A stretch of 64,000 bases of DNA, from assembly GCA_963765205.1 (NCBI GenBank), contig CAVXVB010000007.1:256001-320000 (forward strand), given 5' to 3'. Of the stretch, positions 10,622 to 20,787 are shown one piece after another. The notes beneath the pieces were generated by a model. The model was not told the DNA's origin. It searched no databases and worked only from the letters and a program-made list of their open reading frames with translations. Every line of letters starts with the position of its first letter. The first letter of the stretch is position 1. Origin of the DNA: an uncultured Verrucomicrobiae bacterium (GTDB lineage Bacteria > Verrucomicrobiota > Verrucomicrobiia > Opitutales > JABDGR01). The translations under genes were made by a program, and so were the position numbers.

Positions 10622-11755
10622 ATGCGCGGCCGATTTTCATTCCGGCGGTTTTTCGCCCTCGCGCTCAAGGAGTTCATCCAGATGCGCCGGGACCGGCTGA
10701 CGTTCGCCATGATGTTCGGCATCCCGCTGATGCAGTTGATTGTGTTCGGCTACGCGATCAACACCGACCCGAAGTATCTGCCCGCCGTCGTCGTCATGGG
10801 CGACACCGGCCCCATCCCGCGCGCCATCGTCGAGGCGCTGCGCTACACGGACTATTTCCAAATCCAGCCTGAGCCGGTGAGCGAGGCTGATGCGGCGGAG
10901 ATGCTCGCCGACGGCGACGCCATGTTCGTCATTTCCTTTCCACCGAATTTTTCGCGCGACCTCTTGCGCAACCAGCACCCGGAAATGCTCATGCAAGCCG
11001 ACGCAACGGACCCGGTCGCCGTCGGCAACGCGGTGGGCGCGGCGGATGTCATCCAGCAGGCGGCGACGCGCGAATTGCAGGGGACGTTCGCGGCAGTCAC
11101 TCCGCCGGCCACGCCCGTGGATTACCGCCTGCACCTGATGTATAACCCGGAGCGGCGCTCGCAGCTCAACATCGTGCCGGCGCTGCTCGGCTTGGTGCTG
11201 ACGATGACCATGTGCAACATCACCGCGATGGCCATCGTGCGTGAGAAGGAGCGCGGCACGATGGAGAATTTGCTCTCGACCCCGGCCCTGCCGGCAGAGG
11301 TGATGCTGGGGAAAATCCTGCCTTACATTGCCATCGGCTATGTGCAGGCGAGCGTAATTTTGGCTGCGGCGCGGTTTCTTTTCGACGTGCCGGAGATCGG
11401 CAGCTTCTGGCTGCTGGCGGGCTGCATTTTACTGTTCATCTGCGCGAACCTCGGCATGGGCATCACGCTCTCGACCTTGGCGCAAAGCCAGTTGCAGGCC
11501 ATGCAGATGGCGTTCTTTTATTTTCTGCCCTCAATGATGCTCTCGGGCTTTTTCTTTCCCTTTCGCGGGATGCCGCAGTGGGCGCAGACCATCGGCTCGA
11601 TTTTGCCGCTCTCGCATTTTCTGCGCATCGTGCGCGGGATTCTGCTCAAGGGCAACGGCTTCGCCGAAGTGTGGCCGCAAATCTGGCCCATTGGGCTGTT
11701 CTTCCTGGTCGTGATGACGATCGCCGTCGTGCGCTTCCGGCGGACGTTGGACTGA
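10622..11755 (+). CDS. ABC-2 type permease (YbhR/S-like)
   Basis: KEFIQMRRD, REKERGTMENL, LSGFFFPFRGMP. Confidence 0.93.
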   Translation: MRGRFSFRRFFALALKEFIQMRRDRLTFAMMFGIPLMQLIVFGYAINTDPKYLPAVVVMGDTGPIPRAIVEALRYTDYFQIQPEPVSEADAAEMLADGDAMFVISFPPNFSRDLLRNQHPEMLMQADATDPVAVGNAVGAADVIQQAATRELQGTFAAVTPPATPVDYRLHLMYNPERRSQLNIVPALLGLVLTMTMCNITAMAIVREKERGTMENLLSTPALPAEVMLGKILPYIAIGYVQASVILAAARFLFDVPEIGSFWLLAGCILLFICANLGMGITLSTLAQSQLQAMQMAFFYFLPSMMLSGFFFPFRGMPQWAQTIGSILPLSHFLRIVRGILLKGNGFAEVWPQIWPIGLFFLVVMTIAVVRFRRTLD

Positions 11756-11840
11756 ATGCTGAATGCTGAATGCTGAATGCTGAATGCTGAATGCTGAATG
11801 CTGAATGCTGAATGCTGAATGCTGAATGCTGAATGCTGAA
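11752..11840. repeat. Perfect heptamer tandem repeat (CTGAATG)x12.7
   Basis: Counted directly; the first unit supplies the permease TGA stop. Confidence 0.97.
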
Positions 11841-11941
11841 AATGGCCGGGATGCTTTTTCGCAACTTTGCAATCAAGCAATCGAGCATTCCAACATAAAA
11901 GTTCTCTTGGCGGGAAATTTTTGATAAGATGAAAACCCCCC

Positions 11942-13141
11942 GTGAAACCTTGCCTGCATAAATTATGGCCGGCCTTGCCGATGTGGCTGGGCTTGGGCGC
12001 GGCGGCTTTCGGCCAGGCGGCGGCACTTGCGGCCCCGGCTGCGAGCGCCGCGACCGCAGCTCCGCTGGGCGGTGGCGAACGCGCGCTACAGAATGCCCCT
12101 CCGCCGTTTCCCGCCGTCATCCCCGAAGTGCAGGTGGGCGCGAATGTCTATTATGACGTGCGCATTTTGCAGGTGACGCCCGTGTCGGTTGTCCTCGGGC
12201 ATCGGGACGGCATCACCTCCGTGCCGCTGGCCGATTTGCCGCCGGATTTGCAAAAGCGTTTCGGCTACGATCCGGCCAAGGCCGCGGCGGAGGAGGCGCA
12301 GCGCCAGGCCGAGAACACCGCGCACCAAGTCCAGGCCAATGCCGCCGCCGGCGACAAAGGCCCGCCGACCTTGACCGCGCAGGAAATTTTGCAGCGCTTC
12401 GGCCAGCCGCCGAAAATTTTCGGCGAGGTTAATATGCAGCCGCGCTTCGACCAGTTGGGCATTGACGTGAAAAGCCAGGGCGCGCGCCCGAGCTGCGCGG
12501 TGTTCGCGCTGGTCGGCGCGCTCGAATACCAGCGCTCCCCGCCGGCCGGGCCGGCGCCGGAGTATTCCGAGGAATACCTGATTTGGGCGACGCTCAAGAC
12601 GCTCGGCAAGGTCGGCCTGGCCGTGCCCCAGGGCGACTCGGAAACGCTGGACATCGGCTTTTCCCTCAATGAAGTTGCCGAAGCGCTGCGCGCCTACGGT
12701 ATCGCGTTGGCGGAGGAGCTGCCCTACCATTTCACGCTCACCGATCCGCACGTGATCGAGCCGGCGACGGACGTGATCGAGCGCGCGAAAAAGCGCAGCC
12801 CGGTGGACGGCTTTTATATCACGGGCCGCGGGCCGCAAATGCAAATCGCCAACATCGTGCAGGTGCTCAACGCCGGCGTGCCGGTCATTGCCGGCATGAA
12901 ATGGCCTGAGCAAAAAAACTTTGCGGACAATGCGGAACTCGACGGGCAACCGGGACTGGAAAAATCCGCGCACGCCGTGCTGCTGGTGGGCTACCTGACG
13001 AAGACGGGCAAAATCGAGGACGCGCAATTCCTCTTCAAAAATTCCTTCGGCGAGAAATGGGGCACCCACGGATACGGCGTGGCCACGTATAAATACCTCG
13101 CCGGCAATCTCGAGAGTGCGCTGTTTTTGGATGCGCGGTGA
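11942..13141 (+). CDS. Secreted papain-like (C1) cysteine peptidase
   Basis: QGARPSCAVFA (Q, C), HAVLLVGY (H), KNSFGEKWG (N); signal-like N-terminus. Confidence 0.88.
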   Translation: MKPCLHKLWPALPMWLGLGAAAFGQAAALAAPAASAATAAPLGGGERALQNAPPPFPAVIPEVQVGANVYYDVRILQVTPVSVVLGHRDGITSVPLADLPPDLQKRFGYDPAKAAAEEAQRQAENTAHQVQANAAAGDKGPPTLTAQEILQRFGQPPKIFGEVNMQPRFDQLGIDVKSQGARPSCAVFALVGALEYQRSPPAGPAPEYSEEYLIWATLKTLGKVGLAVPQGDSETLDIGFSLNEVAEALRAYGIALAEELPYHFTLTDPHVIEPATDVIERAKKRSPVDGFYITGRGPQMQIANIVQVLNAGVPVIAGMKWPEQKNFADNAELDGQPGLEKSAHAVLLVGYLTKTGKIEDAQFLFKNSFGEKWGTHGYGVATYKYLAGNLESALFLDAR

Positions 13142-13174
13142 AAACTGCCGGAGCGCCGCTGGCGGCGCATCCCA

Positions 13175-14251
13175 TTATTGAGGTTGGACGCGCGTCAACC
13201 GGCAGGAATGCGCGGAAAAACCTGCGCCAAAGGAGGTGAGCCACAAATCCAGCGCGGCGCCATTATCGGACGCCGCAGGATTGGACGGGAAACTTTTCTG
13301 CAAATGTTCACCGAGGGCGAAGAGGACGGACGGGCTGCTCATGTTGCCGTATTGCCGGAGGACGGCGGCGCTTTCCGCCAGCGGGAACTTTCCGCCCAGC
13401 GCCGCACCCACGGCTTCGAGGACTTTTTTGCCGCCGGCGTGGGAGAGCACCCGGCCGATTTTTTCCGCCGCGCCGTTCTGGCGGTCGTAAAGCGCGCGCA
13501 CGGCCGTCGCGGCGCGGTCGGGGACGGTTTTGCCGAGGCGGTTGCGCAATTTGCCGCCCCGGTTTTCAAAGCGCAGACATTCGCGGTCGGCGGGCAGGTG
13601 CAGCGTGTCGAAGCCATCGCAGCGCAGGCCCGTCGGGCCGGGCTGGCCGTTCCAAATGCTAGCCGCCGCGCCGTCGCCGAACAAACACAGCGAGACGAGC
13701 ACGCCGGGGTCGTCATCGAGATAAAACGCCGCCGAGCAGATTTCGACCGCAATGCAGGCCACGCGCGCGCCGGGCTGGGCCGCCAGCAGGTGGCTCGCGC
13801 TGCGCAGGGAGGGGATGGCCGCGCCGCAGCCCTGGCCCACGATGTCCTGCAAAAAAATGTCGGGCCGCAAGCCTGCGCGTTCGGCGACGAAGCTCGACAC
13901 GCCGGGGCACAAATAACCCGTGCAGGTGCAGATGATGAGCGCATCCAAATCGTGCGGGGCGAGGCCGGCCTGGGCGAGCGCGGCGCGCAGCGCGCGTTCG
14001 GCGAGGGCGGGTGCCTCGCGCTCGAAGGCGCGGTTGAGGGCCTCGGCGTCGAGATCGAAAATTTTGTCCAGGTCGCCGACGGCGAAATGGCGGGTCTCAA
14101 TGCCGCTGTCCCCGGTGAGGATTTTTTCCAGCAGCGCGCGCGAGCCGGGCCGCAGTTTGCGCAGCGAGGGCGCCTGGCGCAGGACTTCCCAGCACTCGCG
14201 CTGGGTCAGGCGCTGGGCGGGGACAACGTTGGCGAGTGAGTGGAGGAACAC
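13175..14251 (-). CDS. Type III polyketide synthase
   Basis: CTGYLCPG, GQGCG (Cys), EICS, LFGDGAAA, SHAGG (His), YGNMSS (Asn), FGAGF. Confidence 0.93.
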   Translation of the reverse strand: MFLHSLANVVPAQRLTQRECWEVLRQAPSLRKLRPGSRALLEKILTGDSGIETRHFAVGDLDKIFDLDAEALNRAFEREAPALAERALRAALAQAGLAPHDLDALIICTCTGYLCPGVSSFVAERAGLRPDIFLQDIVGQGCGAAIPSLRSASHLLAAQPGARVACIAVEICSAAFYLDDDPGVLVSLCLFGDGAAASIWNGQPGPTGLRCDGFDTLHLPADRECLRFENRGGKLRNRLGKTVPDRAATAVRALYDRQNGAAEKIGRVLSHAGGKKVLEAVGAALGGKFPLAESAAVLRQYGNMSSPSVLFALGEHLQKSFPSNPAASDNGAALDLWLTSFGAGFSAHSCRLTRVQPQ

Positions 14252-14353
14252 GGACGGAAGAAAAGTAAGAATTATGAATTAAGAATTAAGAAGTAAAAAT
14301 TACGAATGACGAATGATGAAACAGAAACCAAAAAGATTTGAAGGGATGGGCAA

Positions 14354-15430
14354 TCAAGCCGGGGCGGGCGCGGCTTTAACGGATGAGAGAGTTTTGCCGT
14401 GGGTGGCGCGGTAGAAGAAGTTAAAGGGGAGCAGGCGTGTGTCGGCGAGCGCGAGCAGAAGGGTTTGGCCGAAAGGATGCAAGAGGTAGGGATGCAGGCG
14501 GCGCGCCCAGCGCAGGCGCGTGTCTTGCTGGGCGGAAACGGCACGGCGAATGGCTTGGGCGGTGGCGGGCCAATCCTGCCGGGCTTGGGCATAGGCGAGC
14601 AGCGGGTCGAGCGCGGCGGCGGCGTTTTCGAGCGCGAGCGCCATGCCGTGGCCGGTGTAGGGCGGGATAGCCGCATGGTGGTCGCCGAGCGATACGCCGG
14701 GACCGGCGGGCCAGGTGCGTGTGAAGTCGAGGCCCGCGACGGCGGCGGCGCTCGCGGGGTCCGGCCCGCCCGCAGCGATGCGCGCGGCGAGTTTCTCAAG
14801 GCCGCAGGCCATGAGATAATCGAGGAGCAACGATTCGCGCGGGCCGCGCAATTCCATGCGCAGGCGAAAAAGGCCGCAGATGTTGACGCGGCCGTCCTCA
14901 ATGCGTGCCACGCCGGCGTAGCCGCCGCGGCCGAGATGCACTTCCAAGTCGTGGCCCACGCGCAAGTCGCGGCAGTGAATTTTCAGCCCGAGCCACGGAC
15001 TGGCGGCATCGGGCCGGCGGCCGGCGGCCCATACCTGGCCGGGCGCATCTTCCCCGCCCGCGGACGGCGTGGGCGCGCGGGTGTTGAGGCGCAACTCACC
15101 GCCGGCGGAAACAAAGTCGTGCATCAATCGTTCTTCCAGCACGGGGCGCGAGAGGCCCAACGCCGGTTCCGGCAATTGCGCGGCCCAGCGCAGGCGCCCG
15201 CTCGCGTGCCAGCCCGTGGTGCGGTTCACCGTCGCGCCGCGCAAATGCGGCGCGAGGCCGAGGCGCGCGATAGTCGCCGGCTTCAAGCCGCTCATAAATT
15301 CGCCGCACACGCGCGGGCGTGGAAGGCGCCCGGCCTCCCAAAGCGACACGCCGGCACCCGCACGCGCCAGCGCCGCGCCGAGGGCTAGGCCGGCCAGGCC
15401 GCCGCCGATGATCGTGATGGGTTGCGGCAT
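14354..15430 (-). CDS. FAD-dependent oxidoreductase (geranylgeranyl reductase/hydroxylase-like)
   Basis: IIGGGLAG, RVCGEFMS, LGD..AAIPPYTGHGMALA. Confidence 0.9.
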   Translation of the reverse strand: MPQPITIIGGGLAGLALGAALARAGAGVSLWEAGRLPRPRVCGEFMSGLKPATIARLGLAPHLRGATVNRTTGWHASGRLRWAAQLPEPALGLSRPVLEERLMHDFVSAGGELRLNTRAPTPSAGGEDAPGQVWAAGRRPDAASPWLGLKIHCRDLRVGHDLEVHLGRGGYAGVARIEDGRVNICGLFRLRMELRGPRESLLLDYLMACGLEKLAARIAAGGPDPASAAAVAGLDFTRTWPAGPGVSLGDHHAAIPPYTGHGMALALENAAAALDPLLAYAQARQDWPATAQAIRRAVSAQQDTRLRWARRLHPYLLHPFGQTLLLALADTRLLPFNFFYRATHGKTLSSVKAAPAPA

Positions 15431-15438
15431 GGGAGGAG

Positions 15439-15512
15439 ATTCACCGCAAAGACGCCAAGGGCGCAAAGAAATTTTTTTGGAACTTTGCGGTCTTCGCGTC
15501 TTTGCGGTGAAT
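15439..15512. repeat. TTCACCGC/GCGGTGAA palindromic element
   Basis: ATTCACCGCAAAGACGC ... GCGTCTTTGCGGTGAAT. Confidence 0.85.
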
Positions 15513-16172
15513 TTATAAATCATTGCGCACGGCAATAAGGCGATATGCGCCGAGGAAAGTACGGGCCACTCCACTGCGCCAGGGGGGGGCGTCCACGCCG
15601 AGCAGGCGGGGCAGTTCGCGTTCGCAAAAGCCGCCTTCGATGCTCACGCGGGCGTCGTGGCGGCTGACATAATTGATGCCGGCCAGCCGCGCGAGCGGCA
15701 GTTGCGCGAGGTGGAGCGCGTGGCGCGCGGGTTCGCAAAAAACGAGCATGCGCGCGTGCTCGCGCCATTGATGGCCGAGGCCGGCGAGCACGTTGTCCTC
15801 GAATTGATGGAGGATGAGGTTGCCGATGATGACGTTGTAATTTGCGTAACCGGAAAAAGTCGTGAGGTCGGCGCGGTGCCAGTCCTGCGCGGCGGGCCAG
15901 TCGGCGGGCTGCGGCCACAAGTCGAGTCCGGTGTGCGAAAAAGTCTGGCCGGGCAGGTGGCGGCGCAAATATTTGGCGAGGTCGCCTTCGCTCGCGCCGA
16001 GTTCGAGCAGGCGGTCACCGGGGTGCAGGTGTTTGCGCAGCGTGCGCGCGAACCAGCGGTGGTTGCCCATCAGCGCGTTGAAAAAACGCAAATCGCGCCG
16101 GTTGTGCAGCGCGTCCGGATGCTCCGGCGGCAGGGAGTCGAGCAGTTCCGGTTGCACGTGGCGCGGGAGCAT
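15513..16172 (-). CDS. SAM-dependent methyltransferase
   Basis: R....ELLD start, LLELGASEGDL motif I, NLILHQF, RHDARVSIEGGF. Confidence 0.85.
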   Translation of the reverse strand: MLPRHVQPELLDSLPPEHPDALHNRRDLRFFNALMGNHRWFARTLRKHLHPGDRLLELGASEGDLAKYLRRHLPGQTFSHTGLDLWPQPADWPAAQDWHRADLTTFSGYANYNVIIGNLILHQFEDNVLAGLGHQWREHARMLVFCEPARHALHLAQLPLARLAGINYVSRHDARVSIEGGFCERELPRLLGVDAPPWRSGVARTFLGAYRLIAVRNDL

Positions 16173-16300
16173 CGGGCGAAGATGCGCGCGGATTGGCTGA
16201 ATGTCAAACGGTGCTCACGGCGCCTTGGAGACGCGGCAGGATTCGTTGAGGGAGACGCCAAGCGCTGCGAAGCATGGCGCGGGTGATCAACGGTCCGCCA

Positions 16301-16786
16301 TCAGGTTTTTGGCGCGAATTTTTTGAGTTGGGCGATGAAGGAGGCCGGGCCGCCGGGTTGGTAGCCCACCATTGTGGTGAGCGTTTTTCCGTCGGGGCCG
16401 AGCACGACGAAGGTGGGGTAGCCTTCGATGTTAAATCTCTGTTGCAAACTCCCGTTTTGCTGGGCCAGTTTGTCGGGAAGTTTTTTGTGCTCCGGGAAGT
16501 CCACCTCGACGAGCACGAGATTGGCATCGGCGTAGTCCTTGAACGGCTGGGTGTCGAGCGCCTCCTCGTCCATCTTGATGCACCATTCGCACCAGTCGGA
16601 GCCGGTGAAATCGAGCAACACGAGTTTGTTCCCGGCCTTGGCCTGGGCCTGCGCGGCGGCAAAATCCGTGAGCCAATTGGCGCGCACCGCGGGCGCCGCC
16701 GGCGCGAACAGCCGTCCGCAGGCGGTGAAGAGAAGCGCGCTCAAGGCAAAGGTGAGGGTGGGCAGAATGGGGCGGGGGAGCTTCAT
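16301..16786 (-). CDS. Exported thioredoxin-family (lipo)protein
   Basis: FTAC possible lipobox, DFTGSDWCEWC, GYPT cis-Pro motif. Confidence 0.9.
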   Translation of the reverse strand: MKLPRPILPTLTFALSALLFTACGRLFAPAAPAVRANWLTDFAAAQAQAKAGNKLVLLDFTGSDWCEWCIKMDEEALDTQPFKDYADANLVLVEVDFPEHKKLPDKLAQQNGSLQQRFNIEGYPTFVVLGPDGKTLTTMVGYQPGGPASFIAQLKKFAPKT

Positions 16787-16933
16787 GGCAAAATGGGGAA
16801 GGGTGAGGCGTGAACGGGGGGATATTGGCAGCGGTGAACACAACAATCAAATAAATCAGCAATCAGCAAAACACACAATTATCGGTCGCTTGTCGCAGGA
16901 TAGCTATAGGACATGGCCGCTTGGTCAGGCCAC

Positions 16934-16970
16934 AAAAAGACCCGCAACTCATTCGAGCGGCGGGCTTTTT
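16934..16970 (-). terminator. Hairpin terminator downstream of tRNA-Glu (possibly bidirectional)
   Basis: AAAAAGACCCGC...GCGGGCTTTTT. Confidence 0.65.
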
Positions 16971-16976
16971 GGAAAA

Positions 16977-17054
16977 TGGCGTCCCCTTGGGGATTCGAAC
17001 CCCAGTCGCCAGGATGAAAACCTGGTGTCCTAGGCCGGGCTAGACGAAGGGGAC
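16977..17054 (-). tRNA. tRNA-Glu(TTC)
   Basis: Acceptor stem GTCCCCT/AGGGGAC, anticodon arm CCAGG-TTTTCAT-CCTGG, GGTTCGAATCC T-arm, encoded CCA. Confidence 0.96.
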
Positions 17055-17134
17055 GCGAAAGTGTGCGGGAAAACGGCTTAAAGTAGCGATTTTCTGACAC
17101 AGGGCAAGCTTAACGTGCAGCAGGAAAATTATGG

Positions 17135-17199
17135 AACCACGGAGAACACGGAGGACACAGAGAAATAAGCTCTCCGTGTCCTCCGTGTTCTCCGTGGTT
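17135..17199. repeat. CACGGAG-unit palindromic element downstream of mdh
   Basis: AACCACGGAGAACACGGAGGACAC ... GTGTCCTCCGTGTTCTCCGTGGTT. Confidence 0.88.
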
Positions 17200-17212
17200 A
17201 AAATTTCGTCTT

Positions 17213-18199
17213 TTACTTCGGAATCAATTCACTCACCAACGAAATCTCTTCCTGCAACTCCGCGATGCTGGCGGCGATTTTGCCTTTCGAGAATTCATTG
17301 ACGGGCACGCCGGGGACGACGGACCATTTCTTGCCGTCGCTGGTGATGGGCATCGAGGCGATGATGCCTTTCGGGATGCCGTAGGAACCGTCCGAACACA
17401 CCGCGACGCTGAACCAGTCGCCGGCGGGGGTGGGGGTGACGAGCGAGCGCACGCTGTCCATCGCCGCGTTGGCGGCGGAGGCGGCGGAGGACGCGCCGCG
17501 CGCCTTAATGATGGCTGCGCCGCGTTGCTGCACATTGGGGATGAAGGTGCCTTTGAGCCATTCCTCGTGGCCGATTACATCGGTGCAGGGGCGGCCGTTG
17601 ATTTTGGCGTTGTAGAAATCCGGATACTGCGTCGAGGAGTGGTTGCCCCAGATGCACAGGTTGGTCACGCGGCTGACGTGGACGCCGGCTTTTTGCGCGA
17701 GCTGGCTCTTGGCGCGGTTTTCATCGAGGCGCGTCATCGCGAACCAGCGCTCGGCGGGGACGGCGGGCGCGTTGCGCATCGCGATGTAGCAATTGGTGTT
17801 GCAGGGGTTGCCGACGACGAGCACGCGCACGTCCGCCGCGGCGTTTTTGGCGATGGCCTGGCCCTGGCCAGTGAAAATTTTGCCGTTGATGCCGAGGAGT
17901 TCCTTGCGCTCCATCCCGGCCTTGCGCGGCACGCTGCCCACGAGCAGCGCCCAGTTGACGTTCTTGAAGCCTTCGTTGAGGTCGGCCGTCGGCACGACTT
18001 CCGTGAGCAGCGGGAACGCGCAGTCGTCGAGTTCCATGACGACGCCCTTGAGCGCGTCGAGCGCGGGCGGGATTTCAATGAGGTTGAGCGCCACGGGCTG
18101 GTCGGGGCCAAAGATGGCGCCCGAGGCGATGCGGAACAGGAGGGCGTAGCCGATTTGGCCGGCGGCGCCCGTGACGGCGACTCGAATGGGTTGTTTCAT
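17213..18199 (-). CDS. mdh: Malate dehydrogenase
   Basis: [41 protein letters not shown]. Confidence 0.97.
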   Translation of the reverse strand: MKQPIRVAVTGAAGQIGYALLFRIASGAIFGPDQPVALNLIEIPPALDALKGVVMELDDCAFPLLTEVVPTADLNEGFKNVNWALLVGSVPRKAGMERKELLGINGKIFTGQGQAIAKNAAADVRVLVVGNPCNTNCYIAMRNAPAVPAERWFAMTRLDENRAKSQLAQKAGVHVSRVTNLCIWGNHSSTQYPDFYNAKINGRPCTDVIGHEEWLKGTFIPNVQQRGAAIIKARGASSAASAANAAMDSVRSLVTPTPAGDWFSVAVCSDGSYGIPKGIIASMPITSDGKKWSVVPGVPVNEFSKGKIAASIAELQEEISLVSELIPK

Positions 18200-18300
18200 G
18201 GGGAGTTAAGAATTAAGAGTTATGAATTAAGAAGCATGAGTAAAGAATGGAAGATGGAAAATGGAAGATGGAAAAAGCGGAAGCAGGCGAAAGAGAACGG

Positions 18301-19371
18301 CTACTTTTCAATAAGAACGGGGCTGATGGGTTGCAATGCATTATGCGCAGAACGCACGAGGCGTTCGGTCGCGGCCCAGTCAATGCAGCCGTCAGTGATG
18401 GAGACGCCGGGGCGCAGCTTCGCGCCGGGCTTCGGCTCGGGCTGACGTCCGGCGTGGAGGTTGCTTTCGAGCATCGCGCCGATGAGGCTCTCGCAACCGC
18501 CGACGCGCTGCGCGAGCACGTTCGCGAACACCATGGGCTGCAATTCGGGCTTTTTGCCACTGTTGTCATGGGAGCAGTCCACCATGATGCGGGTAAACAG
18601 GCCGGCTTCGCGCAGCAACTTTTCCGCGGCGGCAACATGCGTGGCGTCATAGTTCGGCCCATTGCCGCCGCCGCGCAGGACGAGGTGGCAGTTTGGGTTG
18701 CCACGTGTGGTCACGGCGGAGGCCTGGCCGTCTTCGTTGATGCCGAGAAAAGTCTGCGGCGCCCAGGCGGCCTTGATCGCGTTGACAGCGGTCTGGATGG
18801 AACCGTCGGTGCCGTTTTTGAAGCCGAGGGGCATCGAGAGGCCCGAGGCCATTTGCCGGTGGGTCTGCGATTCGGTCGTGCGCGCGCCCACGGCGGACCA
18901 ACAGATGAGGTCGGCGATATATTGCGGGGTGATGGGGTCGAGCAACTCGGTCGCAGTCGGCAGGCCGAGGTCAATGACGGTGCGCAAAAATTCACGGGCC
19001 AGACGCAGGCCGGTGGGGATGTCGCCGGTGCCGTCGAGGTGCGGGTCCATGATCAGGCCCTTCCAGCCGACGGTGGTGCGCGGTTTCTCAAAATAGACGC
19101 GCATGACCAGAAGCAGGCGGTCGGCGACTTCGCGGCTCAGCGCAGCTAGGCGCTCGGCGTATTCGCGGCCGGCGGCCACGTCGTGGATCGAGCACGGGCC
19201 GACGACGAGCAGAAAGCGCGGGTCGTCACCGAAGATGATGCGGTGCAAGGCATTACGGCTCTGGACGACGAAGTCCGCCTGGGCCTCCGAGCGCGGGACG
19301 CGGGCCAGCAACTCGCGCGGCGTCGGCAGCGCGCGATTCGAGGAAATGTTGATGTCGGTAACTTTGGGCAC
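18301..19371 (-). CDS. Class I-alpha DAHP synthase (AroF/G/H family)
   Basis: GPCSIHD, RVYFEKPRTTVGWKGL, GARTTESQ, DCSH, ITDGCI. Confidence 0.95.
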   Translation of the reverse strand: MPKVTDINISSNRALPTPRELLARVPRSEAQADFVVQSRNALHRIIFGDDPRFLLVVGPCSIHDVAAGREYAERLAALSREVADRLLLVMRVYFEKPRTTVGWKGLIMDPHLDGTGDIPTGLRLAREFLRTVIDLGLPTATELLDPITPQYIADLICWSAVGARTTESQTHRQMASGLSMPLGFKNGTDGSIQTAVNAIKAAWAPQTFLGINEDGQASAVTTRGNPNCHLVLRGGGNGPNYDATHVAAAEKLLREAGLFTRIMVDCSHDNSGKKPELQPMVFANVLAQRVGGCESLIGAMLESNLHAGRQPEPKPGAKLRPGVSITDGCIDWAATERLVRSAHNALQPISPVLIEK

Positions 19372-19384
19372 GGAAGAAGAAAGT

Positions 19385-19492
19385 GTTTTAGTTTCTAGTT
19401 TTTAGTTCTGAAGGGCGAAGGGCGAAGGGCGAAATTCAGAATTCAGAATTCAGAATTCAGAATTCAGAATTCAGAATTCAGAATTCAGAATT
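19385..19492. repeat. Compound heptamer array: degenerate TTT(C/T)TAG, (GAAGGGC)x3, (AATTCAG)x8.6
   Basis: Counted directly; lies in the divergent DAHP synthase/ygfZ intergenic region. Confidence 0.92.
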
Positions 19493-19587
19493 TTCACACT
19501 CCACACTGACTGGCTGGGGCTGGATGGGGTAAAGCCGTCCACTACATCAAATTTGCGTGCTCTGGGCAAGAACAGAAGCTATAAGGA

Positions 19588-20526
19588 ATGCCACCCATGT
19601 CGGAAATGCATGTCTATCATTGCTTAAGCCGCCCCGCCGCCGTGCTGCGCACGACGGGGCCGGATGCATTCCGGTTCTTGCAGAGCCAGTTCTCGAACGA
19701 TTTGAAGGTCGAGGGCGTCGAGCATCCCGTGAGTTATGGATTGTGGCTCGACCACAAGGGGAAAATCCAGGCGGACAGTTTTGTGATCCAAAAATCGCCC
19801 GGGGACTTTTTGCTGCTCAGCTACGACTGCCCGGCGGCGCTCCTGCGCGGCCACCTCGAGTCGCATTTGATCGCCGACGAGGTGGAATTGCACGACGAGA
19901 CCGGGCCGCTGGAGTTGCTCCACGTCTGGGCGGAGCACTATGAGGAAAGCCTGGCTGGGTTGATCGAGGAATTGGCCCGGACGGCGGGGGCCGAGTCCTG
20001 GATGGGCCGGCGCCCCACGCCCTATTCGTCCTGGGACATTCTTGCGCCCGCAGAAATACTGGAGAGCATCGCACGCGACTTGGAGGCCGAGGGAATCGAG
20101 GCCGCCCCCGCGCAGGCCTTGCTGGCCGCGCGCCTGCTGGCCGGCGTGCCGGCGGTGCCGGCCGACGCCGGGCCGGGCGATTTGCCGCAAGAAGCGGGCT
20201 TGGAGCGTGAAGGCGTCTCCTTCGACAAGGGTTGCTACTCCGGCCAGGAAATCATGTCACGCCTGCACACGCAGGGCCATGTCAACCGCGCCTTGTGGCT
20301 GGTGGAGTGGAACGTGCCGACCACGCGCCCCGCGGATGATTCGCCGGTGCCGCTGTATGCGGGAGCGGAAGTGGCGGGCGAATTGCGCAGCCGGGTCTTC
20401 AGCGAAGTGGGGGGCCTGGGTCTGGCGATGCTCAAAACGCGGGCACTGGCCGGGCAAAGCGCGCTGAGTTTCCGCCCCAATGGCCCCACCCCCGTGCGGC
20501 TCCTGCGCAATTTGACGGAGGCGTGA
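19588..20526 (+). CDS. ygfZ: YgfZ/GcvT-like folate-binding protein
   Basis: FLQSQFSND, SFDKGCYSGQE signature. Confidence 0.9.
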   Translation: MPPMSEMHVYHCLSRPAAVLRTTGPDAFRFLQSQFSNDLKVEGVEHPVSYGLWLDHKGKIQADSFVIQKSPGDFLLLSYDCPAALLRGHLESHLIADEVELHDETGPLELLHVWAEHYEESLAGLIEELARTAGAESWMGRRPTPYSSWDILAPAEILESIARDLEAEGIEAAPAQALLAARLLAGVPAVPADAGPGDLPQEAGLEREGVSFDKGCYSGQEIMSRLHTQGHVNRALWLVEWNVPTTRPADDSPVPLYAGAEVAGELRSRVFSEVGGLGLAMLKTRALAGQSALSFRPNGPTPVRLLRNLTEA

Positions 20527-20787
20527 GCGCCATTCGGCGTTTTGCAGATGCGATGTGGAATGTGGGGCACCGTGTTCCTCACTCCATGAGAGCAGCTTGG
20601 AATTCTGGTGGTTCGCCGGGCACGCCTGACACCATGGCTATTTACCTACGCCAATCGTGACCTCGGGGTCTGTTCGCCCGCCACCACTTCGGGTATGCTT
20701 GCCACGCGTGTCCCAACCGGCTCCGCGCCACGTGCTCAAGCCTTGGCCGCCAAGCAACCTCACATATACCCTTGACCCATCCTTAAA

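Noticed and set aside
11752..11840. Possible CRISPR array (also 19433-19492)
   Set aside because: 7-nt units with no unique spacers and no cas genes; these are simple tandem repeats
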